Shown: in pieces, positions 17,503 through 30,601 of the stretch
Layout: each line of letters begins with the position of its first letter
Position numbering within the stretch: the first letter of the stretch is position 1
DNA from: Chthoniobacterales bacterium
Lineage (GTDB): Bacteria > Verrucomicrobiota > Verrucomicrobiia > Chthoniobacterales > DYNR01
NCBI GenBank assembly: GCA_026418675.1
Contig: JAOAAX010000002.1
Span: 76,719 to 140,718, forward strand
Reading direction: 5' to 3'
Length of the DNA stretch: 64,000 bases
Notes under the pieces: model-generated
What the model saw: only the letters and a program-made list of their open reading frames with translations
The model's database searches: none
Told to the model about the DNA's origin: nothing
Position numbers and translations under genes: made by a program

Positions 17503-19434
17503 ATGGGCAAAGTTTTAGGAATTGATTTAGGCACAACAAATTCTTGCATGGCAATCATGGAGGGGGGCGAGCCAGTAGTTCTGGAAAATTCTGAAGGTGC
17601 TCGCACAACTCCATCGGTCGTTGCATTTACGAAGAGTGGGGAGCGATTGGTTGGACAAGCCGCCAAGCGCCAAGCAGTAACGAATCCCAAGAATACAATA
17701 TTTTCCGTGAAGCGTTTCATGGGGCGGAAGTATGACGAGGTTCAGGACGAGATTCGTCGTGTCCCCTATACAGTTGTTAAAGCGCCAAATGGTGATGCCC
17801 ACATCCAAGTTGAAATTGACGGCAAGCCAAAGACTTTTTCCCCACCAGAAATCTCAGCAATGATTCTTGCGAAGCTGAAAGCAGATGCAGAAGCAAAACT
17901 GGGCGAAAAAATCACTCAGGCCGTCATAACTGTTCCCGCGTATTTTAATGACTCGCAACGAAACGCTACAAAGGATGCAGGCCGTATTGCAGGACTAGAA
18001 GTCCTGCGGATTATAAATGAGCCGACGGCTGCTTCCCTCGCGTATGGACTTGATAAACGTAAAGACGAGAAAATCGCTGTCTATGACTTAGGAGGAGGAA
18101 CTTTTGACATTTCGGCTTTGGAAATTGGCGAAGGGGTTTTCGAAGTCAAAGCGACTAATGGGGATACACACCTTGGCGGTGATGACTGGGACAATGCCAT
18201 AATGGACTGGATTATGAAGGAATTTAAGGCGGAAACAGGTATTGACCTTTCCCGTCAACCCGATGCAGTCCAGCGGATTAAAGAAGAAGCGGAAAAAGCA
18301 AAAATTGCCCTTTCATCAACCCAGGAATATGAGATTAATTTGCCATTCATAACTGCGGACCAAACCGGTCCTAAGCACATTCAGAAAAAGCTTACCCGTG
18401 CAAAGCTCGAACAACTTTGCGACCACCTCTTCGAGAGAACTGTTGCTCCAGTGGAAGCATGCTTGCGTGACGCAGGGTGGTCCAAGGCAGATGTGGACAA
18501 TCTCGTCCTTGTGGGGGGAATGACACGTATGCCAAAGGTGATTGAAACGGCTCGCCGCCTCATTGGCAAAGAACCCCACAAAGGTGTAAATCCGGATGAG
18601 GTTGTTGCAGTGGGGGCTGCCATCCAAGGCGGTGTGCTTAAAGGGGAAGTAAAAGATGTTCTTCTGTTAGACGTAACACCACTTACCCTTGCTATTGAAA
18701 CGGCTGGTGGAATTGCTACTCCAATGATTCCACGCAATACTACAATTCCAACACGTAAATCGCAAATCTTCTCAACTTATAGCGATAACCAACCAAGCGT
18801 GGAAATCAAAGTTTTGCAAGGGGAGCGTCCCCTTTCCCGTGACAACAAAATGTTGGGAGTTTTCCACCTCGATGGTATTCCCCCAGCACCTCGTGGTGTT
18901 CCCCAAATCGAGGTTACCTTCGACATCGACGCAAACGGTATTCTCAACGTGAGCGCGAAAGATTTGGGAACTGGTAAAGAACAGAGAATTTCCATCACCG
19001 GCTCTAGCGGATTAACAAAAGAAGAAGTTGAGCGCTTGCGTCGCGAAGCTGAACTCCACGCCGAAGAGGACCGGAAGGCTAAAGAAGCAATCGAAATGCG
19101 AAATAACGCCGATTCTTTGGCCTATCAAGCCCAAAAACAACTTCGTGAAATGGGAGATAAGCTAGACGAAAGCTCAAAACGCGAATTGCAAAAAGCTATT
19201 GATGCCGTTAATGATGCGCTCAAAGGAAACGATCACGATCGCGTCAAGTCCACTTTCAATGACCTGCAAGCGAAACTCGCAGAAATAAACACGAAGCTTT
19301 ATTCTAAAGTCGGAAGCACTGGGGCTTCTACGGGTCCCTCTTCCCAGTCTTCCTCTACAACATCCGAAACTTCAACAAAACGTGACGACGTTGTAGATGC
19401 CGAGTTTGAAATGGTTGACGATTCGAAGAAATAG
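17503..19434 (+). CDS. dnaK: molecular chaperone DnaK (Hsp70)
   Basis: [26 protein letters not shown] and the full-length Hsp70 architecture. Confidence 0.98.
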   Translation: MGKVLGIDLGTTNSCMAIMEGGEPVVLENSEGARTTPSVVAFTKSGERLVGQAAKRQAVTNPKNTIFSVKRFMGRKYDEVQDEIRRVPYTVVKAPNGDAHIQVEIDGKPKTFSPPEISAMILAKLKADAEAKLGEKITQAVITVPAYFNDSQRNATKDAGRIAGLEVLRIINEPTAASLAYGLDKRKDEKIAVYDLGGGTFDISALEIGEGVFEVKATNGDTHLGGDDWDNAIMDWIMKEFKAETGIDLSRQPDAVQRIKEEAEKAKIALSSTQEYEINLPFITADQTGPKHIQKKLTRAKLEQLCDHLFERTVAPVEACLRDAGWSKADVDNLVLVGGMTRMPKVIETARRLIGKEPHKGVNPDEVVAVGAAIQGGVLKGEVKDVLLLDVTPLTLAIETAGGIATPMIPRNTTIPTRKSQIFSTYSDNQPSVEIKVLQGERPLSRDNKMLGVFHLDGIPPAPRGVPQIEVTFDIDANGILNVSAKDLGTGKEQRISITGSSGLTKEEVERLRREAELHAEEDRKAKEAIEMRNNADSLAYQAQKQLREMGDKLDESSKRELQKAIDAVNDALKGNDHDRVKSTFNDLQAKLAEINTKLYSKVGSTGASTGPSSQSSSTTSETSTKRDDVVDAEFEMVDDSKK

Positions 19435-19480
19435 CCTTCTGACAGAGACCTCGGCGGGGAAATTTCAATTGGCGGTAGGG

Positions 19481-19513
19481 GTGTAACAAGTTTTACTTAG
19501 TGTGTCGTTACAC
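19481..19513. repeat. inverted repeat GTGTAAC-N19-GTTACAC upstream of groES
   Basis: Read directly. It lies just upstream of a TGaGATAAT extended -10-like element (19543-19551). A second near-palindrome, TCGCCAagTGGCGA, lies at 19570-19583. Confidence 0.85.
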
Positions 19514-19640
19514 AACCGATCGCCGAAAGAAGACTCGATAAGTGAGATAATTTAACAAATCCTCCCGTGTCGCCAAGTGGCGAGTAAGCGGGAAGTTGTT
19601 AAAACAAACAAAACCAAACAGACAGAGAGCAAAACGAACT

Positions 19641-19937
19641 ATGGCAGCACCAAACATCCGTCCCCTCGGGGACCGCGTCCTCGTTAAGCCGTTCGAGGAA
19701 AAAGAGCAAATCAAAAACGGCATCATCATCCCTGACACTGCCAAGGAAAAACCCCAAGAAGGGGAAGTAGTAGCCCTTGGCACCGGCAAACTCGATGACG
19801 AAGGTAAGAAAATCGAGTTTACGGTTAAAGTTGGCGACAAAGTCCTCATCTCGAAATATGGTGGGACTGAAGTTAAGATTGACGGAACAACTTACCTAAT
19901 CATGCGCGAGGATGATATTCTCGGCATCCTCGGTTAG
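19641..19937 (+). CDS. groES: co-chaperonin GroES
   Basis: [17 protein letters not shown]...[12 protein letters not shown] 19641 is preferred over the upstream alternative start used in the ORF track. Confidence 0.95.
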   Translation: MAAPNIRPLGDRVLVKPFEEKEQIKNGIIIPDTAKEKPQEGEVVALGTGKLDDEGKKIEFTVKVGDKVLISKYGGTEVKIDGTTYLIMREDDILGILG

Positions 19938-19979
19938 GTCCCTCTGGAACTTCTGGAAACTCTAACAAAACTCTCTTAA

Positions 19980-21611
<1,632 letters not shown>

Positions 21612-21631
21612 TCCAAATAACGATTGCAATA

Positions 21632-21668
21632 AAGCCCTGGGCAAGATGCCCAGGGCTTTTTTTTTTTT
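21632..21668. terminator. rho-independent terminator, probably bidirectional
   Basis: AGCCCTGGGCA-aga-TGCCCAGGGCT is a perfect 11-bp stem followed by a T12 run and preceded by A-rich sequence. It lies between the convergent groEL and ABC permease genes. Confidence 0.85.
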
Positions 21669-21728
21669 AAACGTTAATTGTCAAATTGGAGAGTTTGGAA
21701 GGCTGGTTCGAGGGGAATGAATTCGCTA

Positions 21729-23051
21729 TTACTCCCAACGGAGAGCTTCAGCAGGATGGAGCTGGGCTGCACGAATGGCAGGATAAATGCCAGCCAGCGT
21801 TCCCGTAATTAAAGCAAATAAGCAAGCAATAAGGATAGAGTTAAATGTAAGGATAGGAGAATTTTCGCTTGGAGCTAGAAAAACCAGAAAGTCCATGAGC
21901 AAAAGACTCGCTGCTATCCCCAACGTTGCACCAAGCACTGATATCAGCAGACTTTCGGTTAGAAGTTGAAGAAAAATGTCCGAGGGTTTTGCACCTATTG
22001 CCATGCGAATCCCAAATTCGCGAATTCGTTCAGATATTCCCGCAAGCATAATATTCGTAATTCCTATTCCTCCCACAATTAAACTTATCGCCGCAATCAA
22101 ACTACCACTGAGGCGGGTAGCTCGGAGACTTGACTCCATCGCAGTAATCATTTCCTGGCGTGTGATGAATTCAAAATTCTCGACTCCATACCGTAACTGA
22201 AGAAGAAGTCTCTGTGCGACTGCAAGAGTTGGGCGAAAAAGATCGAGGTCTTTGACTCGAAATGTGATTGAATCAAGTGGGACCGTTAAGGGAGAATGTC
22301 GGGGATATTTTGAAGACTGAAAGTCATAAAACATTGTTGAAAAAGGAATGAGAATTGATTCGTTTTTTAAACGATACGGATCCCAGCGAAAACGTTGACG
22401 TTGTGGGACCAATAATCCTCTCTGGCGACGCACTCTGTCAATTTCACGTTCATAATAAGAGAGAACCCCAATGACAACGTAGGGTTTTTGCTTAATGAAA
22501 AGAATTTTTCCTAAAATTTTGTCGGTTGAGAGCTTAGGGAAAAAGCGGTTAGCAATTGAACTTCCAATGACAACAACGCGTGAGGTGTTGACTTCATCAA
22601 GCCCTGAAAGGAAGCGGCCAGCAGAGAGGGATAAATTTTCGATATAAAACGCGTCTGGGTTTATTCCTTGGACACGCATGGTAGCTTCTGAGGTGAATTG
22701 GCTTGAAATTGGGAGATGGCTGCGAAGTTCAGCGGAAACATGAGAAATGTATGGTTTTGCAGAACGGAGGAGAAGAGTGTCTGCAGCATTAAGAGAAGGG
22801 CTTAATTTTGCTTGGTTAAGGAGAGGATTTTCTATGGGGCGGTTGTTGATTTCGACACGCTGGAGTCCGCCAAGAGTTTGGATCGTTGTTTTGATGCCTC
22901 GTTCAATTCCCGCAGTTAGAGCAAGAGTTGAAGTTAAACTGCTTACACCGAGAACAATCCCCAAAGTGGCAAGTAGGCTGCGAAATTTGTGAGCGAGGAG
23001 TTCACGAACCGCAGCATCCAAAGCAATCAGAATTTTGGGTGGAGCTATCAA
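21729..23051 (-). CDS. ABC transporter permease, MacB/FtsX family
   Basis: 440 aa with an N-terminal TM segment, a large periplasmic domain and a C-terminal FtsX-type 3-TM module. Adjacent to its ATPase. Confidence 0.85.
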   Translation of the reverse strand: MIAPPKILIALDAAVRELLAHKFRSLLATLGIVLGVSSLTSTLALTAGIERGIKTTIQTLGGLQRVEINNRPIENPLLNQAKLSPSLNAADTLLLRSAKPYISHVSAELRSHLPISSQFTSEATMRVQGINPDAFYIENLSLSAGRFLSGLDEVNTSRVVVIGSSIANRFFPKLSTDKILGKILFIKQKPYVVIGVLSYYEREIDRVRRQRGLLVPQRQRFRWDPYRLKNESILIPFSTMFYDFQSSKYPRHSPLTVPLDSITFRVKDLDLFRPTLAVAQRLLLQLRYGVENFEFITRQEMITAMESSLRATRLSGSLIAAISLIVGGIGITNIMLAGISERIREFGIRMAIGAKPSDIFLQLLTESLLISVLGATLGIAASLLLMDFLVFLAPSENSPILTFNSILIACLFALITGTLAGIYPAIRAAQLHPAEALRWE

Positions 23052-23084
23052 ACGGATTTTTCGAGATTGTAAAGAAAAGGAAAG

Positions 23085-23753
23085 TTAGTGTTGGATTTTG
23101 CCGTCAAGTATATGAAGTATGCGTTGGCACTTTTGGGCAATTTCTTGACTATGTGTAACAATAAGAATGGTTTGGCCTTTGGAGTTCAGTTCAAGTAGAA
23201 GGTTTAGGACAGCATTCCCAGTCGAGGAATCAAGATTTCCTGTAGGTTCATCCGCTAGAAGTAAGGCAGGATTGTGAATGAGGGCACGAGCAATGGCAAC
23301 TCGCTGGGCTTGGCCCCCACTTAGTTGAGAAGGAAAATGGTTAAGGCGTTCTTCAAGACCCACTAATCTTGCAATTTCTCGAGCGCGTTCAATACGTTCC
23401 CGGATCCTAACACCGGAGTAGGCCAAAGGAAGAGCTATGTTGTCTAAAACATTAAATTTCGGGAGCAAATTAAATGATTGAAAGACAAAGCCGATGTAAA
23501 GCCTTCTTAGGTTTGCTAATTCGGCGCGGGAGGAGGAAGAAATTTCGAAACCACAAATTTTCACATGACCGGTATCTGGAGTGTCAAGACATCCGATAAG
23601 GTGAAGTAAAGTGGATTTCCCGCTGCCGCTTGGGCCAGTAATTGCAATTAATTCCCCCTCCTTTACAGTTAAAGAGATATCCACAATTGCAGGAATTGAA
23701 TGTGAACCCATTCGGTAGGATTTGGAGACATTCTTAAGTTCGATAATGGGCAT
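23085..23753 (-). CDS. ABC transporter ATP-binding protein (MacB/LolD-like)
   Basis: Walker A GPSGSGKSTLL, signature LSGGQAQRVAIARAL and Walker B LLLADEPTGNLD. Confidence 0.9.
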   Translation of the reverse strand: MPIIELKNVSKSYRMGSHSIPAIVDISLTVKEGELIAITGPSGSGKSTLLHLIGCLDTPDTGHVKICGFEISSSSRAELANLRRLYIGFVFQSFNLLPKFNVLDNIALPLAYSGVRIRERIERAREIARLVGLEERLNHFPSQLSGGQAQRVAIARALIHNPALLLADEPTGNLDSSTGNAVLNLLLELNSKGQTILIVTHSQEIAQKCQRILHILDGKIQH

Positions 23754-23782
23754 TTATGGGTTTTTTCGGCAGTTCAAAAAAT

Positions 23783-23810
23783 GTCAGTTACTTGGAAAAA
23801 GAATACTGAC
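23783..23810 (-). terminator. weak candidate terminator after hemL
   Basis: On the minus strand, GTCAGT-N16-ACTGAC is followed by ATTTTTTG. The stem is short and the loop long. Confidence 0.25.
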
Positions 23811-23819
23811 GAGGTTCCT

Positions 23820-25097
23820 CTAAGAACCAAGAGTCTCCTTGAGGGCTTTCACAAATATTCTTGAAGTTTTTTCTATCGCGTCCACGTCGTGAGCAGTAGA
23901 AAGGAAACAGGTCTCAAATTGCGATGGAGGGAGATAGACCCCTTGCTGTAGGCAGGAATGAAAAAAATGAGCATAGAATTGGGAATTTGCTTGCCGGGCC
24001 GTTTCAAGGTTGTGAATTGGCCCTGGATGAAAATACAAGCAGAACATTGAACCAATCCGATGGAAGGTAACTGGTTTGTTTTTAATATAGGGACGAAGAG
24101 ATTCTTCAAGTTGTGCGCCAATCGATTCGAGGTAATCCCATGAGTTTGTTTTGAAAAGTTCGTTTAGCTGAGCAATCCCGGCTGCAAGTGTGATTGGATT
24201 TCCTGAGAGAGTGCCTGCTTGGTAAACATCGCCATCTGGGGCAAGACGGTCCATGATTTCAGCTCTTCCTCCAAAAGCTCCAACTGGTAGCCCTCCACCA
24301 ATAACTTTCCCCAAAGCCGTAAGATCAGGAGTTATCTGATAGAGGGCTTGGGCTCCACCAGGATGAACACGGAAACCTGTCATCACTTCATCAAAAATAA
24401 GTATCGTATTGTAACTCGAGCAAAGGGAGCGGAGTTCATGAAGAAAATCATTTGTAGGCAAGTAAAGACCAGCATTGGCAGGAATAGGTTCAAGAATCAC
24501 AGCGGCTGTTTGTGAACCGTAATGCTCGAAATAAGTTCGAAGTGCAGAAATGTCATTGAAGGGAATGGAAGAGGTAAGGGATGCTAATTCATGCGGAATT
24601 CCACCACTGTCTGGTTGGCCAAGAGTAAGAGGACCACTGCCAGCTTTTATCAAAAGTGAATCAACATGTCCGTGATAGCAGCCGTTGAATTTCAAAATTC
24701 TGGGGCGGTTGGTAAAGCCGCGGGCCAAACGTATGCAACTCATTGTTGCTTCTGTGCCACTGTTAACAAGCCGCACTTTTTCTAAAGAGGGAACGTTTTG
24801 ACACAAAATTTCAGCCATTTGAACTTCGGCTGGATGGGGTGTGCCAAAGCTAAGACCATTGTGAATGGCAGTTGTAACAGCATCGAGAACCACTTTGGGA
24901 GAATGGCCAAGAATAGCTGGCCCCCAAGTGCAAACGTAATCTATAAGCTCTTGACCCTCAACTGTTAAAAGCCTACATCCGTAAGCTTTTTGAGTGAAAA
25001 AAGGTTGACCACCAACTGCACGAAATGCGCGAACAGGAGAGTTTACTCCACCAGGGATAAATTTCTTCGCTTTATTAAACAGTTCCTCATTCGACAT
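23820..25097 (-). CDS. hemL: glutamate-1-semialdehyde 2,1-aminomutase
   Basis: FIPGGVNSPVRAFRAVGG at the N-terminus and a class-III aminotransferase body. Confidence 0.93.
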   Translation of the reverse strand: MSNEELFNKAKKFIPGGVNSPVRAFRAVGGQPFFTQKAYGCRLLTVEGQELIDYVCTWGPAILGHSPKVVLDAVTTAIHNGLSFGTPHPAEVQMAEILCQNVPSLEKVRLVNSGTEATMSCIRLARGFTNRPRILKFNGCYHGHVDSLLIKAGSGPLTLGQPDSGGIPHELASLTSSIPFNDISALRTYFEHYGSQTAAVILEPIPANAGLYLPTNDFLHELRSLCSSYNTILIFDEVMTGFRVHPGGAQALYQITPDLTALGKVIGGGLPVGAFGGRAEIMDRLAPDGDVYQAGTLSGNPITLAAGIAQLNELFKTNSWDYLESIGAQLEESLRPYIKNKPVTFHRIGSMFCLYFHPGPIHNLETARQANSQFYAHFFHSCLQQGVYLPPSQFETCFLSTAHDVDAIEKTSRIFVKALKETLGS

Positions 25098-25126
25098 TCG
25101 TTTCAGGTTTTCTTCGAAAATAGAAA

Positions 25127-27691
25127 TTAGTTGCCGGAATCAGCGTTGGGATTGGGAAGGGGCAGATCGAGAGGTTCAAGGAAACCTTCAAGCTGGCGCA
25201 GCCGTGTTGGGTGACGCATTTTGCGGAGAGCTTTAGCTTCAATTTGACGAATGCGTTCTCGTGTTACATTAAATTGACGTCCAACTTCTTCCAGTGTGCG
25301 ACTGTAGCCATCGTTTAAACCGAAGCGTTGTTCAAGCACATGTCGCTCCCGAGGTGTGAGAGTTTCAAGTATGTCTTTCAGTTTGTCTTTGAGTAATACC
25401 ATTGCAGCTTGTTCTGCCGGATTTTCTGCAGATTTATCTTCAATAAAGTCGCCAAAGCTCGTATCGCCACTATCACCAACGGGATCCTGCAATGAAATTG
25501 GTTGTTGAGCCATTTTGAGAACTGCTCGAACTCTCTCTACGGGTAAATGGATCTCTTCGGCTATCTCTTCGGGCGTTGGTTCGCGTCCATATTCCTGAAC
25601 TAGTTGTTTCTGAACTCGAATAAGTTTGTTAATTGTTTCAATCATATGGACAGGAATACGAATTGTCCGAGCTTGGTCAGCTATGGAACGGGTGATGGCT
25701 TGACGAATCCACCAAGTCGCATAGGTCGAAAATTTGTAGCCACGGCGATATTCAAATTTCTCTACTGCTTTCATTAAACCCATGTTCCCCTCTTGAATAA
25801 GATCAAGGAAAGATAAGCCACGATTTGTGTATTTCTTTGCTATGGATATGACAAGCCGTAGGTTGGCTTCCACCATTTCAGACTTTGCTTTGAGTGCTTT
25901 CTTGTACCAGTCGCATAGTTCTTGGTGCAATTTTTGAAATTCTTCAGCCGAACACCAAGTTAGCTTTTCAATTTCGCGAATTTGTAATGTAATGTTCCGT
26001 TTATGGCGAACAGCGAGCGGATCTTTGCTAGCACTATACCGTTCTAATTCTGCATGTAAAGCTCGCAATGCTCGAGATTTCTCTTCAGCTAGGTTGACAA
26101 AGTCTTCAATGACTTTTTGTTTAAAGTAAAACTTCGGATAAAGTTTTGTAAGATTTGAGAGAGATTTTTCGAATTGAGCTTTGTTCGCTTCAACTGTTTT
26201 TTCGGTTTTTCCTAACAATTTTTCATTGAAAATCTTTGAAACGCTATTGATTTCTTTTTCAAGAGTTATTGCCAGACGATTGAGTTGCTTCATGAAGCGG
26301 TCACGACTTTCGACTTTTTTGTCTAGGATAATTCGGTCGAACCGTTCGCGACCGTCTATCAATTTATGAGCGAGGTCGAGATGGGCACTTGCAACAAAAC
26401 CAAACCGATAGAGAATTTCTTGAACTTTTAATTCAGCTTCTTCGATGCGTTTTGAAATTTCGACTTCTTGTTCCCGAGTCAAAAGAGGGACTTGGCCCAT
26501 TTGTTTGAGATACATCCGAACGGGGTCATCGAGAGAATCATGGTTGTAAGAGATACGTTCAATCGGCCTTTCTTCTTCCTTTGTTGTCTTATTAACACGA
26601 TCTACTTCTGAAGAATCAATAATTTCAATCTCCATGCTTCGCAATTGGGCAACAATTTGGTCGTATATGCTGGTTTCAAGCATGGATTCACTTGCGAGAG
26701 TTTCGTTTAGGTCATCATGTGTAAGATGACCCTGTTCTTTGGCCAACCTTATGAGTTCTCGGACTTTCTCTTGAACAAATTTTTGTGGGTCAATTGCTAC
26801 ATTTGGTTGGGAGAGATTTTCAATTGAAACTTCTGCTAGATGCTTTTTTAGGGAGGATTGGGATTTTGTTTTAGCAGCTTTGCCTCCCGTGGTGACTCCA
26901 GATTTCTTTTGAATTTGAGTTTCAGGAGTTACTTTCTTTTTTTCCGTTGGGGATTTTTGTTTTGAAGTTATCTCAGCTTTTGCTCGTTTGTTTTCAGGTT
27001 GAGGATATAAGGAACGATTTGAAACGTTACTTTTAATTTCTTCTGCTGGTTCCGATTTGGATTTCGTTGCAGGAGCTTTTTTTGTTGAACTCTTTTTTGC
27101 CGACGATTTTTGATCCCTTAAGTTAGTATCCGAAATAGGTCGCGAGGCTTTTGAAGCTTTCTTAGAATTTGCTGAATGGGAGTCTTTCTTAGTGGTTGAT
27201 TTTTGAGAAGATGAGCTTTCTCCAACTTTAGCCTGTGTTTCCGTTGTGGCAGTGGCTTTTTTTCCAGCACGTTTTTCCGTTGTTTTTCTTGAAAGCGTTA
27301 GAGAATTACTGGACCGTTTTTCTGATTTGTTATTAGATTTTTTTATCTTTTTTTCTTCAATTACACTTGAATTATTAGAGGATAATTTGGCGCCTTTTCT
27401 CTTCTCTGGTCCACTTATTGTTAAACTAATAGTGGATTTTGAAGAAATATTTTTATTGGATTTATTTATCCCATTTTTTGACGAGACGCTATCTTTTTCG
27501 ACTTTGGATTCAGATGCCTTTTTGGGACTGACTGAGTTTTTAGCAGATACATGACTATTTAACTTCACAGGGGAGGAGGCAGCTTTTTTTTCTCTTGATT
27601 CAGATTTGGACTTTGAACTAAAGTTTCCTATGATGAGGGGTTGTTTTTTTGTTTTCAAAGCAGGATTGAAAATTTTATTGTGATGGAACAT
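25127..27691 (-). CDS. rpoD: primary sigma factor RpoD with a ~290-aa Lys/Ser-rich N-terminal extension
   Basis: The C-terminal ~560 aa contain regions 1.2-4 ([56 protein letters not shown]; 4.2 [30 protein letters not shown]). The ATG overlaps the dnaG stop. Confidence 0.93.
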   Translation of the reverse strand: MFHHNKIFNPALKTKKQPLIIGNFSSKSKSESREKKAASSPVKLNSHVSAKNSVSPKKASESKVEKDSVSSKNGINKSNKNISSKSTISLTISGPEKRKGAKLSSNNSSVIEEKKIKKSNNKSEKRSSNSLTLSRKTTEKRAGKKATATTETQAKVGESSSSQKSTTKKDSHSANSKKASKASRPISDTNLRDQKSSAKKSSTKKAPATKSKSEPAEEIKSNVSNRSLYPQPENKRAKAEITSKQKSPTEKKKVTPETQIQKKSGVTTGGKAAKTKSQSSLKKHLAEVSIENLSQPNVAIDPQKFVQEKVRELIRLAKEQGHLTHDDLNETLASESMLETSIYDQIVAQLRSMEIEIIDSSEVDRVNKTTKEEERPIERISYNHDSLDDPVRMYLKQMGQVPLLTREQEVEISKRIEEAELKVQEILYRFGFVASAHLDLAHKLIDGRERFDRIILDKKVESRDRFMKQLNRLAITLEKEINSVSKIFNEKLLGKTEKTVEANKAQFEKSLSNLTKLYPKFYFKQKVIEDFVNLAEEKSRALRALHAELERYSASKDPLAVRHKRNITLQIREIEKLTWCSAEEFQKLHQELCDWYKKALKAKSEMVEANLRLVISIAKKYTNRGLSFLDLIQEGNMGLMKAVEKFEYRRGYKFSTYATWWIRQAITRSIADQARTIRIPVHMIETINKLIRVQKQLVQEYGREPTPEEIAEEIHLPVERVRAVLKMAQQPISLQDPVGDSGDTSFGDFIEDKSAENPAEQAAMVLLKDKLKDILETLTPRERHVLEQRFGLNDGYSRTLEEVGRQFNVTRERIRQIEAKALRKMRHPTRLRQLEGFLEPLDLPLPNPNADSGN

Positions 27692-29465
27692 TCTTCAGAG
27701 TTTCCTTTAGGTCAAGTAATTCTTTGTGGAGTTGGCGAATAAGTTGTTGAGGTAGATCGGGTTTTTGCAACTGTAAGACGATGGAGTTTATTTTGAGGCG
27801 GAGAAACTGTTTGCGTAAGCCGAGCCATGTTGCCTGTGCAGCTTGTAAAGGAGAAGGGGGAGATTTTCGATTGAGAAGGGAAGAGAGAAATTTAGCTAGT
27901 TCTGGAGGTAATTGGTCGAGGTAGGCAGAAATTTGGGTTGGATTATCCGGTTGAAGAGGAGAAGTTATAAGATCGGGAAGAGGATAGAGATCGGTCGGGT
28001 TATTAGAGATTTCGCTCAGTTGAGTTGTTCGAAGCCATGCCAGAACCTCTGAAGATGTCAAAGCCAGTTGACAAAGCAAAGAAATTGATTCCCCCGGAGG
28101 TTGAAATTTACTCGTGTTATGAATTTCTTTTTGACTGTCCTTGTCAGAGCAATCTGGAGTGTTTTTGGCAGCTTCAGCAACTTTTTTAGAAATAATTTCT
28201 CTGGCTATTTGGCAACGGGAGGAAATGAGGTTTATAGCAGCTTGGAGTTGAATCTCGTCCCGAACTCCGCAAAGGAGGTTAGCCAGTTGAGATATTGCTT
28301 GTGAAGTTCCTTCGGGTGTTTTAAAGGATCCCTTATTTTCAAAAATATCGAGAAAATAGTCCAAAAAAGGTTTTCTTAAATCGAACAGCTTTTTGAAATT
28401 TGCTGGCCCTTCCTTGCGAAGAAACGAATCAGGATCATCGCCAGGAGGTATTTGCATAATTCGCACAGAAAAACCTTCTGAGAGCAAAATTGGAAGGGAA
28501 CGTTCAACAGCTTTTTGACCTGCTGAGTCGGCGTCAAAACACAATGTCACATTCGACGTAAAACGACGAAGTAAAATTGCATGTTGTAAGGTAAATGCAG
28601 TGCCTAGTGGAGCGACTACGTTTTTTATCCCGTTCTCGAAAGCGGTTATTAAGTCGAATTGACCTTCTAAAATTATACACTCACCAGCTTCTGCTATTGC
28701 CTTTTTTGTTTTATCAAGGCCAAAAAGTATCTTGCTTTTGTGAAAAATCGATGTCTCGGGTGTATTGATATATTTTGCGGGGCTAAAGCTTGTGTCTATT
28801 ACTCGAGCGCTAAAACCAACAAATTCGCCATAGTCGTTGGTAATTGGCACTGTGATTCGGCCCCGGAACCTTTCATAAATTTGACAGTTCTCTTCGGATT
28901 TACCGCAAATTCCTGATTCTACAAGTTCCTCTATCGTCCATCCAAGACGTTGAAAAGTTGTCAGAAACAAACCGGATTTTTCTGGAGAAAAACCAATTTT
29001 CCAGCTTTTGAGGATTGGGGGATGAATCCCTCGATCTCTTAAAAAATTTCTTGCCTTTTCAGCAGAAGGTTCATCCATCAAAAATTTGTGAAACCAATCA
29101 GCCGCAACTTTATGTAATTCCATCAATCTTAAGCGCTTTTGGCGGAGATTAGTATCCTCACCTGTGGTTTCCTCTTTTATGGAAATACCGGCTCTTTGTG
29201 CAAGTTTTCTAACAGCTTCCACAAAAGAGAGGTGTTCGTAATCCATTAAAAACCTTATTACCCCTCCTCCTACTCCGCATCCAAAACAATAATACATTTG
29301 TTTTGAAGGAGATACAGTGAAAGAAGGAGTTTTTTCTTTATGAAATGGACAAAGAGAACGATAGTTGCTTCCTACCCGTTTTAATTGTAAATAACTACCA
29401 ATGACTTCAACAATGTCATTCGCTTTTACAATTCGAAGAATGCTGTCCTCCGATATTCTACCCAT
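27675..29465 (-). CDS. dnaG: DNA primase DnaG
   Basis: Zinc-finger region [29 protein letters not shown] and a TOPRIM domain (ILEGQFDLI; [11 protein letters not shown]). Confidence 0.93.
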   Translation of the reverse strand: MGRISEDSILRIVKANDIVEVIGSYLQLKRVGSNYRSLCPFHKEKTPSFTVSPSKQMYYCFGCGVGGGVIRFLMDYEHLSFVEAVRKLAQRAGISIKEETTGEDTNLRQKRLRLMELHKVAADWFHKFLMDEPSAEKARNFLRDRGIHPPILKSWKIGFSPEKSGLFLTTFQRLGWTIEELVESGICGKSEENCQIYERFRGRITVPITNDYGEFVGFSARVIDTSFSPAKYINTPETSIFHKSKILFGLDKTKKAIAEAGECIILEGQFDLITAFENGIKNVVAPLGTAFTLQHAILLRRFTSNVTLCFDADSAGQKAVERSLPILLSEGFSVRIMQIPPGDDPDSFLRKEGPANFKKLFDLRKPFLDYFLDIFENKGSFKTPEGTSQAISQLANLLCGVRDEIQLQAAINLISSRCQIAREIISKKVAEAAKNTPDCSDKDSQKEIHNTSKFQPPGESISLLCQLALTSSEVLAWLRTTQLSEISNNPTDLYPLPDLITSPLQPDNPTQISAYLDQLPPELAKFLSSLLNRKSPPSPLQAAQATWLGLRKQFLRLKINSIVLQLQKPDLPQQLIRQLHKELLDLKETLKNVPSQ

Positions 29466-29471
29466 TCTTAT

Positions 29472-30551
29472 CTATTGACTGCCAGGTAGTTTTACATGGA
29501 CTCTTAATGTTCCATCCTTGGAGAGAAGCACTGCAACCCAGCGAGTTTTTTCAAAATTTGAAAGAATGATAACTAATATCACTGTAATAGGAACACAGAG
29601 AAACATTCCCACAACTCCCCAAAGATGTCCCCATAAAATCAAGGAAATCACTACAACTAAAGGACTTAAATTTAAGGATTCTCCCATTATATTTGGCTCA
29701 ATAATGCTACCCATAAGTTGTTGAACACAAATAATTCCAACTATTACAACTAACATTGGGGGTAAGGATTCAAATTGTACAATCGCAAGAAGAGAAGGAA
29801 ATAATGTTGAAAATATAGATCCAATTGTAGGTATGTAGTTTAACACGAAGATCAGTAAAGCCCAAAATTCCGCAAAATCGAGTTTTACCAGTCTCATTAT
29901 TCCATACGACAAAAGTCCAGTTATTATGCTAACCAAAGTCTTAACACCTAAGTAGGTTTGTATATCTTTATCAATCCTGTCTATTATTTGCATGACTATC
30001 TTTCTTTGTTCAGGATTGGGAAGTAAAGCCTCTATTTTTGAATTTATAAACCTTACTTCTAGTAGCAAAAATAAAGTATAAATAAAAATTAAAGTTAAAT
30101 TTGCAAGTAAAGAACCTAAACCTGAAGCAACTGCTGTAAAAATTCCTCTCAAATCAAGTGATTGGAGGATATCTCGTATTGAAGCAGTTTGTTGAATATG
30201 GAATTTTTGAAAAAGATGAGCTTGCAACTGATCTAATTTCGCTTGATAGCGAGGTATTTCCTGGGCAACCGTTCTGGCATTATCAGCAACAATTGCAAAT
30301 AGAACATAACCAAAAAAAAAGATGGTAATAAAGGATAAAATTAGTGCAACGGGGCCTGGTATAAGTTTCCCAATTTTTGGTATGGCTCGAATGACTCGAC
30401 TGACTGCCAATATTAAATAAACTGCAATCATAGCAGTCACTAAGGGGATAAAAAAACTTTTCCCTTGACTCAATAGAATCAGTGAGCCAAATACCAAAGC
30501 ACTCCATAAACTTACAACTAAGAGCGTTTGTGAATGTTTTGCCCTTTGCAT
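29472..30551 (-). CDS. AI-2E family (PerM/UPF0118) transporter
   Basis: 359-aa polytopic protein with the family-typical C-terminal LWGVVGMFLCVPITVIL. Confidence 0.8.
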   Translation of the reverse strand: MQRAKHSQTLLVVSLWSALVFGSLILLSQGKSFFIPLVTAMIAVYLILAVSRVIRAIPKIGKLIPGPVALILSFITIFFFGYVLFAIVADNARTVAQEIPRYQAKLDQLQAHLFQKFHIQQTASIRDILQSLDLRGIFTAVASGLGSLLANLTLIFIYTLFLLLEVRFINSKIEALLPNPEQRKIVMQIIDRIDKDIQTYLGVKTLVSIITGLLSYGIMRLVKLDFAEFWALLIFVLNYIPTIGSIFSTLFPSLLAIVQFESLPPMLVVIVGIICVQQLMGSIIEPNIMGESLNLSPLVVVISLILWGHLWGVVGMFLCVPITVILVIILSNFEKTRWVAVLLSKDGTLRVHVKLPGSQ

Positions 30552-30601
30552 GAGCTAAACACTCATTTTTGAATAAAATTCCCTAAATTGACCAATTTCT
30601 A

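Noticed and set aside
19481-19513. Inverted repeat upstream of groES as a CIRCE/HrcA operator.
   Set aside because: The half-sites GTGTAAC/GTTACAC and the 19-nt spacer do not match TTAGCACTC-N9-GAGTGCTAA. I reported it only as an uncharacterised repeat.
26807-27691. Possibility that the K/S-rich 5' part of rpoD is untranslated and the real start is an internal Met.
   Set aside because: About 290 codons stay open in A/T-rich DNA where stops should be frequent. The first internal Met would remove conserved N-terminal sigma sequence, and the ATG overlaps the dnaG stop as in a coupled dnaG-rpoD operon. I kept it as a finding that needs experimental confirmation.
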